From: Haliotis rubra | Taxonomy: Eukaryota | Direction: 5' to 3' | Assembly: GCF_003918875.1 (NCBI RefSeq) | Contig: NW_025764891.1 | Location: 8,742,001 to 8,806,000, forward strand | Length of the DNA stretch: 64,000 nucleotides | Shown here: positions 63,448 to 64,000 of the stretch, in pieces | How positions within the stretch are numbered: position 1 is the first letter of the stretch | Layout: every line of letters begins with the position of its first letter | The notes under the pieces: generated by a model | Told to the model about the DNA's origin: nothing | Database searches by the model: none | What the model saw: only the letters and a program-made list of their open reading frames with translations | Translations under genes and position numbers: made by a program

Positions 63448-64000
63448 GTATTGGGTATACCTTTGTGCTCATTCCTCTGCTACAGGTATTGGGTATTCCT
63501 TTGTTCTCACTCCTCTGCTACAGGTATTGGGTATTACTTTGTGCTCACTCCTCTGCTACAGGTATTGGGTATTCCTTTGTTCTCACTCCTCTGCTACAGG
63601 TATTTGGTATTCATTTGTGGCATTCCTTTGTTTTCACTTTGTGCTACTCCTCTGCTACAGGTATTGGGCATTCCTTTGTTCTCACTCCTCTGCTACAGGT
63701 ATTGGGCATTACTTTGTGCTCACTCTTTTGCTACAGGTATTGGGTATTACTTTGTGCTCACTCCTTCCTCTGCTACAGGTATTGGGTATTCCTTTGTGCT
63801 CACTCCTCTGCTACAGGTATTGGGTATTCCTTTGTGCTCACTCCTCTGCTACAGGTATTGGGTATTACTTTGTGCTCACTCCTCTGCTACAGGTATTGGG
63901 TATTCCTTTGTGCTCACTCCTCTGCTACAGGTATTGGGTATTACTTTGTGCTCACTCCTCTGCTACAGGTATTGGGTATTACTTTGTGCTCACTCCTCTG
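63448..64000 (+). repeat. 38-bp tandem array built from the acceptor and first codons of the next SLC6 exon (TM3 start, GIGY); the true exon body probably lies beyond the window
   Basis: Unit gtattgggtattcctttgtgctcactcctctgctacag. Joined to the phase-1 donor at 56345 it reads FK-G-I-G-Y-S/T/Y-F-V-L, the expected SLC6 continuation. 14 cag|gt junctions at 63448, 63486, 63524, 63562, 63600, 63661, 63699, 63737, 63779, 63817, 63855, 63893, 63931, 63969. Confidence 0.88.

Overview
Eukaryotic, AT-rich, repeat-dense genomic DNA. The SINE repertoire suggests a marine invertebrate, probably a mollusc (inference). The one well-supported gene is the 5' part of a + strand SLC6 (Na+/Cl- neurotransmitter:sodium symporter) of the glycine/proline amino-acid transporter type. 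Two coding exons are clear (52820-53036 and 56214-56345) and the next begins in or after 63448. Two phase-compatible candidate N-terminal exons lie at 14561-14749 and 36173-36391. The rest is very large introns or flanking DNA: at least five SINE families, a decayed DD34E Tc1 element nested in a Helentron-type non-autonomous element, an L2/CR1 LINE tail, a mariner fragment, many MITEs, about ten minisatellites and two assembly gaps. Most interesting: (1) the acceptor and first codons of the third SLC6 exon are amplified into a 38-bp tandem array of at least 14 AG|GT junctions, and older decayed duplicates of the acceptor junction also precede the 52820 exon; (2) a 'headless' SINE family starts with a covarying hairpin/pseudoknot module. 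Nearly all long ORFs in the supplied track are repeat artefacts. Repeat boundaries were read by eye and are approximate unless a TSD or TIR is quoted.
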